Below are positions 49,148 to 58,835 of a stretch of DNA of 64,000 bases, piece by piece. A model generated the notes under the pieces. It had not been told where the DNA came from. It saw only the letters and a list, made by a program, of their open reading frames with translations, and made no database searches. The DNA is from an uncultured Gemmatimonadales bacterium (lineage in GTDB: Bacteria; Gemmatimonadota; Gemmatimonadetes; Longimicrobiales; Gaopeijiaceae), in assembly GCA_963809895.1 (NCBI GenBank), contig CAWELD010000010.1, positions 704,001-768,000 of the forward strand. The letters run 5' to 3'. How positions within the stretch are numbered: position 1 is the stretch's first letter; each line of letters begins with the position of its first letter. Position numbers and translations under genes: made by a program.

Positions 49148-49687
49148 ATGAAACGCACGCTGCAGCTCCTCACCTTCGCACTGGCCCTGACGTTGTGGGC
49201 CGGGGCCCTGTGGGCCTGGCCGCGGCTCCCCGAGCAGATCCCCCGCCATTTCGGAGTGAACGGCCTGCCCGACGCGTGGGGCCCACGTTCTGCGGTGGCG
49301 TGGTTCGGCCTGCCGGCCGTGGCGCTGCTTCTGACGGCGCTTCTGTGGACCCTGGGACCGCTGATGCGCCGCTATCCCCGGCTGGTCAACCTTCCGGGCG
49401 GTCAGCGCCTCGAAACGCTGCCGGCTGGCGCCCGCGCGCGTGTCATCGAGGTCGTGCAGGAGACCTTGATGCTTCTCGGGCTCGAAGTCCTGCTCATCCT
49501 CGGGCTCATCCAACTGGCGGAATGGCGGGCAGCGGTAGGCGAGCCCGACCAGCGCCTGGTCCTGGCGGCGCTGGTTCTGGCACTGGTGTCCTCGCCTTTC
49601 TTCCTGGTGGTGTTCGTCGTTCGCACGCAGCGAGCCCTGGACGCGGTCGAGCGTCGGGCCCGCGCCGGCCGGAGCGGCGGGGCCTGA
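49148..49687 (+). CDS. DUF1648 (SdpI-like) membrane protein
   Basis: WPRLPEQIPRHFGVNGLPDAWG motif. Confidence 0.85.
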   Translation: MKRTLQLLTFALALTLWAGALWAWPRLPEQIPRHFGVNGLPDAWGPRSAVAWFGLPAVALLLTALLWTLGPLMRRYPRLVNLPGGQRLETLPAGARARVIEVVQETLMLLGLEVLLILGLIQLAEWRAAVGEPDQRLVLAALVLALVSSPFFLVVFVVRTQRALDAVERRARAGRSGGA

Positions 49688-49700
49688 CGCCCGAGCGGCC

Positions 49701-52370
49701 CTATTCGGCCCGCAGCACCTCGGCTGGGTCCATGCTCGCCGCCCGGCGTCCGGGCAGGAACGCCGCCGCCGCGGCCACCAGCGAGAACACCAGCGCGGCG
49801 GCTCCCAACGTGAGAGGGTCGAAGGGCTTCACGCCCAGCAGCTGGCTCTGCACGAACATGCCGGCTCCCACGGCCACCACACCCCCGAGGAGCACGCCGA
49901 GTCCCGTGAGACGCAGCCCTTCGGCCACGATCCGCAGGCGCAGCGCCCCGGGCTCCGCGCCCAGCGCGAGCCTGAGTCCGATCTCGGGCCGTCGCTGAAC
50001 CACGGAGAACGAGATGAGGCCGTAGATGCCCAGGGCCGCCAGGGCCAGAGCCACCAGGCCGAACGCACCGAGAAAGGCCGAGCTCAGGGCCCAGACACCG
50101 GTGGTCTCGTGCACGATGTCCGTCATGGGCCGGATCGTGGGAGGAAGCTCCGGGTCCAGGCGTCGCAGCGTCTCGCGGATGGGATTGGTGAGGCCGGCGA
50201 GCGCGCCCGGAGCCGCGGACACCACAAGAAAGCGCCGGTGGGTGGTGGTGCCGTCCAGGGGTCGGTAGACGTGCGGCTCGGGGGCGCCCGCCAGGCCGGC
50301 CCAGCGCACGTCGCCCGTCACGCCGATCACCGTGGCCCGTTGCACCTGGTCGCGGCCTCCATACGCCAGCGTACGGCCCACGGCCTCGCCATCCGCCCAC
50401 AGTCGACGGGCCAGCCCGGCGCTCACCACGACCGGCTGGGGATCGGTGTCGGCGTCCTCGGGGCGGAACGCACGCCCGGCCAGGAGCGGGATCCGCATGG
50501 CGGCGAAGTAGTCGGCCTCGGCGCGACTGGTGTAGGCCTCGGGACGATCCTCCAGCGGGGCGTCCAGTCCGTCGGGGGTCGTGAAGCGCACCGACGGGAG
50601 CTCGTGGTTCAGGGGCAGGTGAGACGCGGCTCCCACGCTGCGCACGCCCGGGATCGAGGCCAGCGCCTGCCGGGCCTCGCTGAAATAGGCGTTCAGAGAC
50701 GCCGCGTCCGGATAGGCGGCGGCGGCGGGGCTCAGGGTGACCACCAGGCTCCCGGACGCGTCGTAGCCCAGGTCGGTGGACAGCGCGGCGCGCAGGCTCC
50801 GGAGCATGAGTCCCGTGCCCGTGACCAGTACCACGGCCAGCGCGACCTCCGTGACCACCAGGATCCGGCGTCCCCGCGACACACCGCGTCCGCCGCCGGT
50901 GCGTCCGCTCCCCTGTCTGAGCTTGCGCGCGAGATCGCCCCGGGTGGTGGCCAGGGCCGGTGCGAGGCCGAAGAAGAGGGGCGTGGCGAGGCTCACCAGC
51001 GCCGCGAAGGTCAGCACCCGTCCATCGAGGGACACGTCTCCCACCCTGAAGAGCTCGCCGGGAAGGAGCCCGCCGACGGCGCGCATCCCCGCTACCGCGA
51101 GCAGGACGCCACCCAGACCTCCTCCGAGCGCGAGGAGCAGGCCTTCCATCGTGAGTTGCCGCACCAGCCGGACCCGGTCGGCGCCGATGGCCGCGCGCAC
51201 GGCCACCTCGCGACCGCGCACTCCCGATCGCGCCAGAGTCAGGGAGGCCACGTTCACGCAGGCGATGACCAGGACGAAGCTCACGGCGCCCAGCAGAAGC
51301 AGGAAGGTCGGGTGGAGTATGTCCCACGCGAAGTTGAGCGCCTCGCGTAGCGGCTTGAGCGTCACCGTGTCGTAGAGGCCGTCCTGCTCGGGGTGGGCCT
51401 GAGCCAGTCCCGCCTGGACCGCCTGGATCTCTTGCAGCGCAGCCTGTTCGCTCCAGCCGGGGGCCAGGCGACCCACCAGGAGGAGATTCATGCGACTGCG
51501 GGCCGCCCACTCCTGCCGGTCCACCGGCATCCACAGGTCGACGGCGTTGTACGGAAAGTTGAAGTCCCGGGCGAGGACACCCACCACCGTGGTAGGCCGG
51601 CCGTCCAGGCGCAGGGTGCGACCGATGATCGCCGGATCGGCGCCGAACCGGCGTTCCCAGAGGTCCTCACCGATCACCGCGACGGCGGCCGCACCGGGGT
51701 CGGAGTCCATCGGCTGCAGCGTCCGTCCCAGGAGAGCGTCTCTGCCCAGCAGTGGAAACAGGCCGCCCGTGACCCAGGTGGATGCGATCGCTTCGGCGGG
51801 CTCGTCGCCGGCCACGAGGTTCACGCCCCCGTAGACGTAACCTTCCATCTCCGAGAATCCCGAGGTCTGCGAGCGCAGATCCTGGAGCTGGGGTAGCGAG
51901 AAGCGCCCCAGGTCCCAGCCTTCCAGCCGGCTCACGCCGCCCAGGTGCACGATGCGCTCGGCATCGCGGTAGGGCAGGGGCCTCAGCACGTAGGGATTCA
52001 TGAAGCTGAAGACCAGCGTGTCCAGGGCGATCCCCACCGCCAGGGTCAGGAGCACCACCAGCGTGTAGGTGGGGGAGCGTCGCAGCGTCCGCAGCGCGTA
52101 TCCCAGGTCCTGTCGCAATCCGTCGAGTCCCATCCGTCGTCCCTCCTCCGCGTCAGCCCGCGCGCTCTCGCGGGCACAGTAATCCCGGGTGGCCCGAAGG
52201 TCTCCGAACCGGCGCTCGGCTTCGGCGCGGGCGTCGGCGGGGGCCCACCCGTCCGCTTCCAGCTCCCGAGCGCATTGCTCCAGGTGAAAATCCAGCTCCT
52301 CGTCGACATCGGCGCGCGCATCGTCCAGCGAGCCCGGAGGCCTGCGGAAGCGCCGGGGCCAGCGGCTCAC
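49701..52370 (-). CDS. Duplicated orphan ABC permease (ADOP/MacB-like)
   Basis: DVDEELDFHLE...RRFGD prefix, QDLGYALRTL, two MacB-PCD/FtsX repeats, ends MDPAEVLRAE. Confidence 0.93.
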   Translation of the reverse strand: MSRWPRRFRRPPGSLDDARADVDEELDFHLEQCARELEADGWAPADARAEAERRFGDLRATRDYCARESARADAEEGRRMGLDGLRQDLGYALRTLRRSPTYTLVVLLTLAVGIALDTLVFSFMNPYVLRPLPYRDAERIVHLGGVSRLEGWDLGRFSLPQLQDLRSQTSGFSEMEGYVYGGVNLVAGDEPAEAIASTWVTGGLFPLLGRDALLGRTLQPMDSDPGAAAVAVIGEDLWERRFGADPAIIGRTLRLDGRPTTVVGVLARDFNFPYNAVDLWMPVDRQEWAARSRMNLLLVGRLAPGWSEQAALQEIQAVQAGLAQAHPEQDGLYDTVTLKPLREALNFAWDILHPTFLLLLGAVSFVLVIACVNVASLTLARSGVRGREVAVRAAIGADRVRLVRQLTMEGLLLALGGGLGGVLLAVAGMRAVGGLLPGELFRVGDVSLDGRVLTFAALVSLATPLFFGLAPALATTRGDLARKLRQGSGRTGGGRGVSRGRRILVVTEVALAVVLVTGTGLMLRSLRAALSTDLGYDASGSLVVTLSPAAAAYPDAASLNAYFSEARQALASIPGVRSVGAASHLPLNHELPSVRFTTPDGLDAPLEDRPEAYTSRAEADYFAAMRIPLLAGRAFRPEDADTDPQPVVVSAGLARRLWADGEAVGRTLAYGGRDQVQRATVIGVTGDVRWAGLAGAPEPHVYRPLDGTTTHRRFLVVSAAPGALAGLTNPIRETLRRLDPELPPTIRPMTDIVHETTGVWALSSAFLGAFGLVALALAALGIYGLISFSVVQRRPEIGLRLALGAEPGALRLRIVAEGLRLTGLGVLLGGVVAVGAGMFVQSQLLGVKPFDPLTLGAAALVFSLVAAAAAFLPGRRAASMDPAEVLRAE

Positions 52371-52738
52371 CGTCGTCCTCCCTCGGACTCGGGGGTCGGC
52401 TGGGGTGCGAGGATACGGAGCACCGCCGCGGCGTAGCGTCGAAAGTCACGTTCCTCGCGGGCGAGCCGGCGCTCACCGGCGGGCGTGAGCCGGTAGAAGC
52501 GAGCGCGCCGGTTGTTGTCCGAGCGACCCCACTCCGAGGTCACGAGCTTCTGGCGGCGCATGCGATGGAGCGCCTGGTAGAGGGCCGCGTCCTGCAGGTC
52601 GACGACCCCGTCCGAGCGTTCGTGAAGCTCGCGGGAGATGCCGAAGCCGTGCTTGGGTCCGTCGACCAATGCGCGCAGGATCAGCAGGTCCACCGTGCCG
52701 GGAAGCACGCTCCGCTCCTGGCCGTCGGTCATGCTCAT
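52367..52738 (-). CDS. PadR-family transcriptional regulator
   Basis: PGTVDLLILRAL...HGFGI...LYQALHRM...NNRRARFYRLTPAG. Confidence 0.95.
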   Translation of the reverse strand: MSMTDGQERSVLPGTVDLLILRALVDGPKHGFGISRELHERSDGVVDLQDAALYQALHRMRRQKLVTSEWGRSDNNRRARFYRLTPAGERRLAREERDFRRYAAAVLRILAPQPTPESEGGRR

Positions 52739-52770
52739 CTCACTTTGTGAGGGGAGTCGTCGTATCCCCT
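52739..52770. promoter_or_regulatory. Candidate PadR operator palindromes
   Basis: CTCAC-TTT-GTGAG abuts the start codon and overlaps AGGGGA-N9-TCCCCT. Confidence 0.5.
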
Positions 52771-52901
52771 ACGCTGCGGTGCGCAGTGTGGTTTCAAGAG
52801 AGCCGGGGGTAGCATTCCGGCTGCGGGATGGCCATTCTGCTGTGGGGCCGGAATCCTTCCGTGCCCCAGCGAACGCGACGGCTCGATCCATTCCAACCCT
52901 C

Positions 52902-53600
52902 ATGGCAGCCGAGACTCTCCCGCTGGACATTCTCGTCGTCGACGATCAACCAGAAGTCGTTCAGGTCATCCGCCGTGGCCTGGAGCAGGAGGGGCATCGG
53001 GTGGACCATGCCCACTCCGGCGAGGAAGGGCTGGCCAAAGCCATGGTGGGATCGTACGACGTGGTGATCCTCGACGTCATGCTTCCGGGCATGAACGGCT
53101 TCGAGGTGGCCCGCAAGCTGCGCGACGGAGGAATCACGACGCCGATCCTCATGCTCACGCAGCGGGACACGGAGCGGGACGTCATCCAGGGGCTCGAGCA
53201 GGGCGCCGACGCCTATCTGCCCAAGCCCTTCCGACTGGGTGAGTTGCGGGCGCACCTACGCGCGCTGAAGCGGCGCGTGGGCATGGAGTCCAACACCGTG
53301 CTCCGTTTCGAAGACGTGGAGCTGGACCGCGTGCGTCGAGAAGTGCGGCGGGCCGGCGCTGACGTCCCCCTGACCAACATCGAGTTCAAGCTCCTGGAGA
53401 CGCTCATGCTGCGTCCGGGACGCACCTTCTCGAAGGAGGAGCTCCTGCGCATGGTCTGGGGCCTCACCTTCGACCCGGGCACCGGCGTGCTCAACGTCCA
53501 CCTCGGGAACCTGCGTGGAAAGCTGGAGGAGCGCGGCGAAGACCGCATCATCCAGACCGTTCGCGGCAAGGGATACTGCCTCTCCTTGCGCGAACCCTGA
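52902..53600 (+). CDS. OmpR-family response regulator
   Basis: ILVVDD, ILDVMLP, PILMLT, YLPKPF, winged helix IQTVRGKGY. Confidence 0.95.
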   Translation: MAAETLPLDILVVDDQPEVVQVIRRGLEQEGHRVDHAHSGEEGLAKAMVGSYDVVILDVMLPGMNGFEVARKLRDGGITTPILMLTQRDTERDVIQGLEQGADAYLPKPFRLGELRAHLRALKRRVGMESNTVLRFEDVELDRVRREVRRAGADVPLTNIEFKLLETLMLRPGRTFSKEELLRMVWGLTFDPGTGVLNVHLGNLRGKLEERGEDRIIQTVRGKGYCLSLREP

Positions 53601-53623
53601 TCCCGGCCCACCGGAGCCGAGCC

Positions 53624-54136
53624 GTGCCCGAACCCTCGAATCCCGTGTCCACGGGCTCTCCATCGACACCCGCCCGCGTGCTGTTCGTGTGCATCGAGAA
53701 TGCCAACCGCAGTCAGATGGCGGAGGCGTTCGCCCGCATGGAGGGCGAGGGCGTGCTGGAGCCCTTCAGCGCGGGATCCCGCCCTGCGGGGGTCGTGAAT
53801 CCGCGGGCCGTGGCAGCGCTGGCCGAGGTGGGCTACGACCTGTCCACGCACCGCTCCAAGAGCCTCGACGACGTGCCGCCGGGCCCCTACGACTGGGTGG
53901 TGACCATGGGGTGTGGGGACGCGTGCCCCTGGGTGTCCGCGCGCTTCAGGGAGGACTGGGACCTTCCGGATCCCAAGCATCTCGCCGCCGACGGCTTCCA
54001 CGCCGTTCGCGACGAGATCCGACGCCGGGTCCAGGGGTTGGTCGCCCGGGCCGCCGCGCTCACCCCGGACGCCGGGCTGCCGGGGCCGGACGCCGCGTCC
54101 AGCGCGGGTGCGGACGCCCCCGCCGCCGGTGGCTGA
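53624..54136 (+). CDS. arsC: Arsenate reductase (LMW-PTP fold)
   Basis: CIENANRSQMAE (CX5R), TMGCGDACP, WDLPDP. Confidence 0.85.
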   Translation: MPEPSNPVSTGSPSTPARVLFVCIENANRSQMAEAFARMEGEGVLEPFSAGSRPAGVVNPRAVAALAEVGYDLSTHRSKSLDDVPPGPYDWVVTMGCGDACPWVSARFREDWDLPDPKHLAADGFHAVRDEIRRRVQGLVARAAALTPDAGLPGPDAASSAGADAPAAGG

Positions 54137-54611
54137 AGGCGTCACGCGGGTCGGGATCATCTCGGACACCCACGGACTCCTGCGTCCCGAGGCTCTGGAG
54201 GAGCTCCGTGGCAGCGATGTGATCATCCACGCCGGCGACGTGGGCGAGGCCGCGATCCTGGACGCGCTCGCCCGACTCGCCCCCGTGCACGCGGTACGCG
54301 GGAACGTGGATCGCCGGGGCCGGTGCGGCGAGCTTCCGCTCACGCAGGCGGTGGACGTCGGGGGTCGGCTCCTGTACGTGATCCACATTCTCGACGACCT
54401 TGACGTGGATCCGGTCGTGGCGGGCGTCGACGCGGTGGTGTTCGGCCACACGCACCGTCCCGAGCAGGCCGTGCGGGACGGCGTCCTGTACCTGAATCCG
54501 GGTAGCGCCGGCCCTCGCCGGTTCGATCTTCCGGTGTCGGTGGCGAGATTGGAGGTGTCGCCGCGGGCCCTGGATGCCCGCATCGTGGAGATTCCGGTGT
54601 CCACGACCTGA
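54129..54611 (+). CDS. YfcE-like metallophosphoesterase
   Basis: ISDTHG, IHAGD, RGNVD, GHTH, LNPGS. Confidence 0.9.
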   Translation: MAEGVTRVGIISDTHGLLRPEALEELRGSDVIIHAGDVGEAAILDALARLAPVHAVRGNVDRRGRCGELPLTQAVDVGGRLLYVIHILDDLDVDPVVAGVDAVVFGHTHRPEQAVRDGVLYLNPGSAGPRRFDLPVSVARLEVSPRALDARIVEIPVSTT

Positions 54612-54633
54612 TCCTCCTCGAACACCCGCCGCC

Positions 54634-55101
54634 GTGCCCAGTCCGCTCCAGCTTCGCCGACTCCAGGAAGATCTGCGCGCCACCATTCCCCTGGTGGAGG
54701 CCATGAACCTCCAGGTTCGGGGCTCCGACGGCGACGGACTCCACATGTGGGCGCCGCTGGCGGCCAACGCCAATCCCCACGGATCGCTCTTCGGCGGCAG
54801 CGCGTCGGCGGTGGCCATCGTGGCCGGCTGGAGCCTGGTGCGTCTGAGGCTGTTGGCCTTGGGGCTCGATCCGACGCTGGTGATCCAGCGCAACACCATG
54901 GAATACGAGGCCCCCGCGCTCGGAGACGTGGACGCACTCGCCCGCTATCCGCACGACGACGCCTGGGACCGTTTCCTGCGCGCGTATCGGCGGCACGGAC
55001 GTGGACGGATCGCGGTGGAGGTGGAGCTCCGGGTCCAGGGAGCGCGGGTGGCGTCGATGACTGCTTGGTACGTGGCGCTGGACGAAGACGACGTGGCCTG
55101 A
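54634..55101 (+). CDS. YiiD C-terminal-type thioesterase (hot-dog fold)
   Basis: IPLVEAM...APLAANANPHGSLFGGS. Confidence 0.85.
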   Translation: MPSPLQLRRLQEDLRATIPLVEAMNLQVRGSDGDGLHMWAPLAANANPHGSLFGGSASAVAIVAGWSLVRLRLLALGLDPTLVIQRNTMEYEAPALGDVDALARYPHDDAWDRFLRAYRRHGRGRIAVEVELRVQGARVASMTAWYVALDEDDVA

Positions 55102-55123
55102 ACCGGGCGGGACGGCGGCCGAG

Positions 55124-58100
55124 CTACTCCGAACCCCGCCTCACCAGCCGGACCCTGGACTTGCCGAAGAGCCGGCGCAGCTCGGTCAGCGTCTCCTTCG
55201 AGAGCTCGGCGGCCAGGGAGCGGGACCGGAAGCGCGGCGCGGCGACGCCGTTGTCCGACCCCAGCATGAGCTCCACCGGGGCCGGTCCCGGATGGCTCGC
55301 CAGGATCTTGCGGGCGCGGGCGAAGGTCTCGTCCGGGAGCTCCGCACCCAACGGCAACTCGATCTGGAGCGTCAGCCGTCCGGAGGCGGGAAGGGCCTCC
55401 AGCGGCTCGGCGGCGTCCAGGAAGACGGGTGGGTCGTCCTCGTCCCGCTCTCGTCCGCTCACCTGACCCTGGAGGAGCACCACGGCGTCGGTCTGGAGGA
55501 TCTCCTTGCAGGACTGCCAGACCTCCTTGAAGGCGAGCACGGTGGCGGTGCCGTGGAAGTCCTCCACCATGATCTTGCCCCACTCCGAGTTGTCGCGCCG
55601 AGAAATCTGGCGAGACACCCCGGTGACCACGCAGGCCAGCTCCACCTTCTGTCCGGCGTGCTCCTTGAGGTTTCGGGAGTTCACCACGTCGAAGGCCTGC
55701 ACCACGTCGCGGAAGCGGTCCAGCGGGTGCCCGCTGATGAAGAACCCCAGCGCCTCCTTCTCCCGGGCCAGCCGCTCGGGCTCGGGCCAGTCGGGTACCT
55801 CGGGCAGCGCCGGCGCCTGCCGCGCCAGCCCCGGCCCGGCGCCCTCGCCGAAGAGCGAGGCCTGGCCGGCTTCCTCTTCGGCCCGCCGGGTGAGCACTTC
55901 CTGGTACGAGGTGTCGAGCCCGGCCAGGAGCTGGGCCCGGTGGCCGAAGGCGTCCATGGCGCCGGCTGCGATGAGTGCTTCGCAGGCCCGCTTGTTGAGC
56001 GCCCGCACGTCGATGCGCTCCAGGAAGTCGAAGAGCGAGGTGAAGCGGCCGCCTTCCTGGCGCGCCGCGAGCACCGACTTGACGGCCGACGCGCCCACGC
56101 CCCGGACCGCGCCGAGCCCGAAGCGGATCTTGGAGCCCTCGATGGCGGTGAACTTCCAGCCCGACTCGTTCACGTCGGGGGGCAGCACCTCGATGCCGTC
56201 TTCGAGCTTCGGTAGATAGCGAGGTAGATCGCGGCACTCGGCGATGTACTTCACCACGTCGTCGGTCTTGTCCAGCACCGACGACAGCAGCCCGGCCATG
56301 AACTCCGCCGGGTAGTGCGCCTTGAGCCAGGCCGTGTGGTACGAGACCAGGGAATAGGCCGCGCTGTGGCTCTTGTTGAAGCCGTACCGTCCGAACGTCT
56401 CGATCTGCTCGGCCAGATCGCGGGCGGTGCGCTGGTCGACACCGCGCTCCGTGGCGCGCTCGACGAACTTGCCCAGCTCCTGGGCGATGAGCTCGGCGTT
56501 CTTCTTGCCCACCGCCTTCCGCAGCACGTCCGCTTCGCCGAGGCTGAAGCCCGCCAGGACGTTGGCGATGCGCATCACCTGCTCCTGATAGACGATGATG
56601 CCGTAGGTGGGTTCCAGCGTCTTGCGCAGCTCGGGGTGGGGGTAGCGGACCTCTTCCTGGCCGATCTTGCGGCGGATGTAGACGTCCGTCATGCCGGAGT
56701 CCAGCGGCCCGGGACGAATGAGCGCGTTGGTGGCGACCAGGTCTTCGAAGCGGTCGCACTTCATGGCGCGGAGCTTGTCCAGCGCCAACGACGACTCGAA
56801 CTGGAACACGCCGCTGGTGCCGCCACGGGCCAGCATGCGGTAGACCGCCGGATCGTCCAGCGGCACGTCGTCCATGTCGTCGTAGACCTGCCCGGTCTCG
56901 GGATGCTTCAGCGCCCCCACACGCTCCCGGACCATCTCCACCGCGTCGTGGATGACGGTGAGGGTCTTGAGACCCAGGAAGTCCATCTTGAGCATGCCCG
57001 CCTCTTCGAGGCAGTTCATGTCGTACTGGGTGACGGTCATGCCCTCGTCGCCCGCGCCGTTCTTGCCCGACTGCACGCACACCGGGACGTACTCGTCCAG
57101 AGGCCCCGGCGCGATGACCACGCCGGCGGCGTGCACCGAGGCGTGCCGGCTGAGCCCCTCCAGCGTCATGGCGTAGTCGAAGAGGCGGCGATGGCGCTCG
57201 TCCTGCTTGTACAGGTCCCGGACCTCCTTGAGCTGCTCGACGGCCTCCTCGACGGTGAAGCTCTGGCCCGGGGCGTTGGGGATGAGCTTGGCGATGCGGT
57301 CCGTCTCCGAGGGCTCGAACCCCAGCGTGCGCCCCACGTCGCGGATTACCGCCCGGGACTTCATGGTTCCGAAGGTGATGATCTGCCCGACGGCGTCCTT
57401 GCCGTACTTCTGGCGCGTGTACTCGATGACCTCGCTGCGGCGTTCGTAGCAGAAGTCGATGTCCACGTCGGGCATGGACACGCGCTCGGGATTCAGGAAG
57501 CGCTCGAAGAGGAGATCGTGGTCCAGCGGATCCAGGTTCGTGATCCCCAGGGCGTACGCCACCAGCGAGCCGGCGGCGGAGCCCCGGCCCGGCCCCACGG
57601 GAATCCCCTGTTCGCGGGCCCAGGCGATGAAGTCCTGGACGATGAGGAAGTAGCCCGCGTAGCCCGTGCCCTTGATGACGCCGAGCTCGTAGTCCATCCG
57701 TTCCCGGACCTCGTCGCTCAGCGGTTCGCCGTAGCGCTCGCGGGCGCCCTCGAGGGTCAGATGCTCCAGGTAGTCGTTCTCGTCCTGATGACCCTGGGGC
57801 AGGGGGAAGGCGGGCAGGTGGTAGTGCTTCTCGAGGGTCAGGTCCACCTGATCCGCGATGGCGAGGGTGTTCTCCAGCACCTCGGGATGGTCCGGGAAGC
57901 GCTCCGCCATCTCCGGGCCGCTCTTGAAGTAGAGCCCGTCGTCGTAGCGCATCCGGTTGGGATCGTCCCGATCCTTGCCCAGGCCGATGCACAGAAGCAC
58001 GTCGTGCGCCTCGTGATCGTCGTGGGTGAGGAAGTGGGCGTCGTTGGTGGCCACTGCCGGCAGCCCCAGCTCGTCGGCCAGGGCGAAGATCTTCCGGTTG

Positions 58101-58657
58101 AGCTCTGCCTGGCCCTCCGAGTCGTGGCCCTGGACCTCGAGGTAGTAGCGGTCCTTGAAGACCTCCGCGTACCAGGACGCGGCCTCCCGGGCACCTTCGA
58201 CGTCGTCGGCCATGAGATGGCGGGCGACCTCGCCGGCGAGGCAGGCCGAGCTCACGATCAGGCCGCCGGAGTGGGCCTTCAGGACCTCCCGATCCACACG
58301 AGGCTTGTGGTAGAAGCCCTCCGTGTACCCGATGGAGGACAGCTTCACCAGGTTCCGGTAGCCTTCCAGATCCCGGGCCAGCAGCACCAGGTGGTAGTAG
58401 GCCTTCTCACCCTGTCCGGACCGGGAGCGGTCGCGGCGATCTCCCGGCGCCACGTACGCCTCCATGCCCAGGATGGGCTTGAGGCCGTTCTTGTGGGCGG
58501 TCTTCTGGAAGGTCCAGGCTCCGAAGAGGCAGCCGTGGTCGGTGAGGGCCAGGGCCGGCATCTCGAACTCCTTGGCCCGTCGGACCAGGTCGGAGATGCG
58601 GTTGGCCCCGTCGAGGAGGGAGTACTCGGAATGGGTGTGGAGGTGGACGAAGCTCAC
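55124..58657 (-). CDS. dnaE: DNA polymerase III alpha subunit
   Basis: FVHLHTHSEYSLLDG (PHP domain), GPGRGSAAGS, MPDVDIDF, KMDFLGL, YGFNKSH, OB fold. Confidence 0.99.
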   Translation of the reverse strand: MSFVHLHTHSEYSLLDGANRISDLVRRAKEFEMPALALTDHGCLFGAWTFQKTAHKNGLKPILGMEAYVAPGDRRDRSRSGQGEKAYYHLVLLARDLEGYRNLVKLSSIGYTEGFYHKPRVDREVLKAHSGGLIVSSACLAGEVARHLMADDVEGAREAASWYAEVFKDRYYLEVQGHDSEGQAELNRKIFALADELGLPAVATNDAHFLTHDDHEAHDVLLCIGLGKDRDDPNRMRYDDGLYFKSGPEMAERFPDHPEVLENTLAIADQVDLTLEKHYHLPAFPLPQGHQDENDYLEHLTLEGARERYGEPLSDEVRERMDYELGVIKGTGYAGYFLIVQDFIAWAREQGIPVGPGRGSAAGSLVAYALGITNLDPLDHDLLFERFLNPERVSMPDVDIDFCYERRSEVIEYTRQKYGKDAVGQIITFGTMKSRAVIRDVGRTLGFEPSETDRIAKLIPNAPGQSFTVEEAVEQLKEVRDLYKQDERHRRLFDYAMTLEGLSRHASVHAAGVVIAPGPLDEYVPVCVQSGKNGAGDEGMTVTQYDMNCLEEAGMLKMDFLGLKTLTVIHDAVEMVRERVGALKHPETGQVYDDMDDVPLDDPAVYRMLARGGTSGVFQFESSLALDKLRAMKCDRFEDLVATNALIRPGPLDSGMTDVYIRRKIGQEEVRYPHPELRKTLEPTYGIIVYQEQVMRIANVLAGFSLGEADVLRKAVGKKNAELIAQELGKFVERATERGVDQRTARDLAEQIETFGRYGFNKSHSAAYSLVSYHTAWLKAHYPAEFMAGLLSSVLDKTDDVVKYIAECRDLPRYLPKLEDGIEVLPPDVNESGWKFTAIEGSKIRFGLGAVRGVGASAVKSVLAARQEGGRFTSLFDFLERIDVRALNKRACEALIAAGAMDAFGHRAQLLAGLDTSYQEVLTRRAEEEAGQASLFGEGAGPGLARQAPALPEVPDWPEPERLAREKEALGFFISGHPLDRFRDVVQAFDVVNSRNLKEHAGQKVELACVVTGVSRQISRRDNSEWGKIMVEDFHGTATVLAFKEVWQSCKEILQTDAVVLLQGQVSGRERDEDDPPVFLDAAEPLEALPASGRLTLQIELPLGAELPDETFARARKILASHPGPAPVELMLGSDNGVAAPRFRSRSLAAELSKETLTELRRLFGKSRVRLVRRGSE

Positions 58658-58698
58658 GGGCGCGGGGCGGTCCGGGTTCCGGCGGGGGTGAACGGACC

Positions 58699-58726
58699 AT
58701 GATACCCTTCCGGGCGCAGGTCGCAA
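58699..58726 (-). promoter_or_regulatory. Sigma70-type promoter of dnaE
   Basis: Minus strand TTGCGA-16 nt-TATCAT, about 40 nt before the start. Confidence 0.55.
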
Positions 58727-58792
58727 AGCGGGGGCGCAACCCCGTGGCGGCGGGACGCCACGTTCGGGGGGTGTTTGGTGGCGGAGGCCGCC

Positions 58793-58808
58793 GGGCACGC
58801 CCTTTGCT
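58793..58808 (+). promoter_or_regulatory. Candidate sigma54 promoter of the SIMPL gene
   Basis: GGGCACGCCCTTTGCT (GG-N10-GC, with GGCACG and TTGC). Confidence 0.6.
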
Positions 58809-58835
58809 GATTGATTTCAGTGGGGCCACCGGTGC

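Noticed and set aside
55124..58657. Intein or split in dnaE
   Set aside because: Normal length (1177 aa), contiguous motifs, and no splice-junction or LAGLIDADG signatures.
54945..58702. Long alternative ORFs over dnaE (1015 aa minus, 795 aa plus)
   Set aside because: Off-frame or antisense shadows. The off-frame one is R/G/P-rich and neither has motifs.
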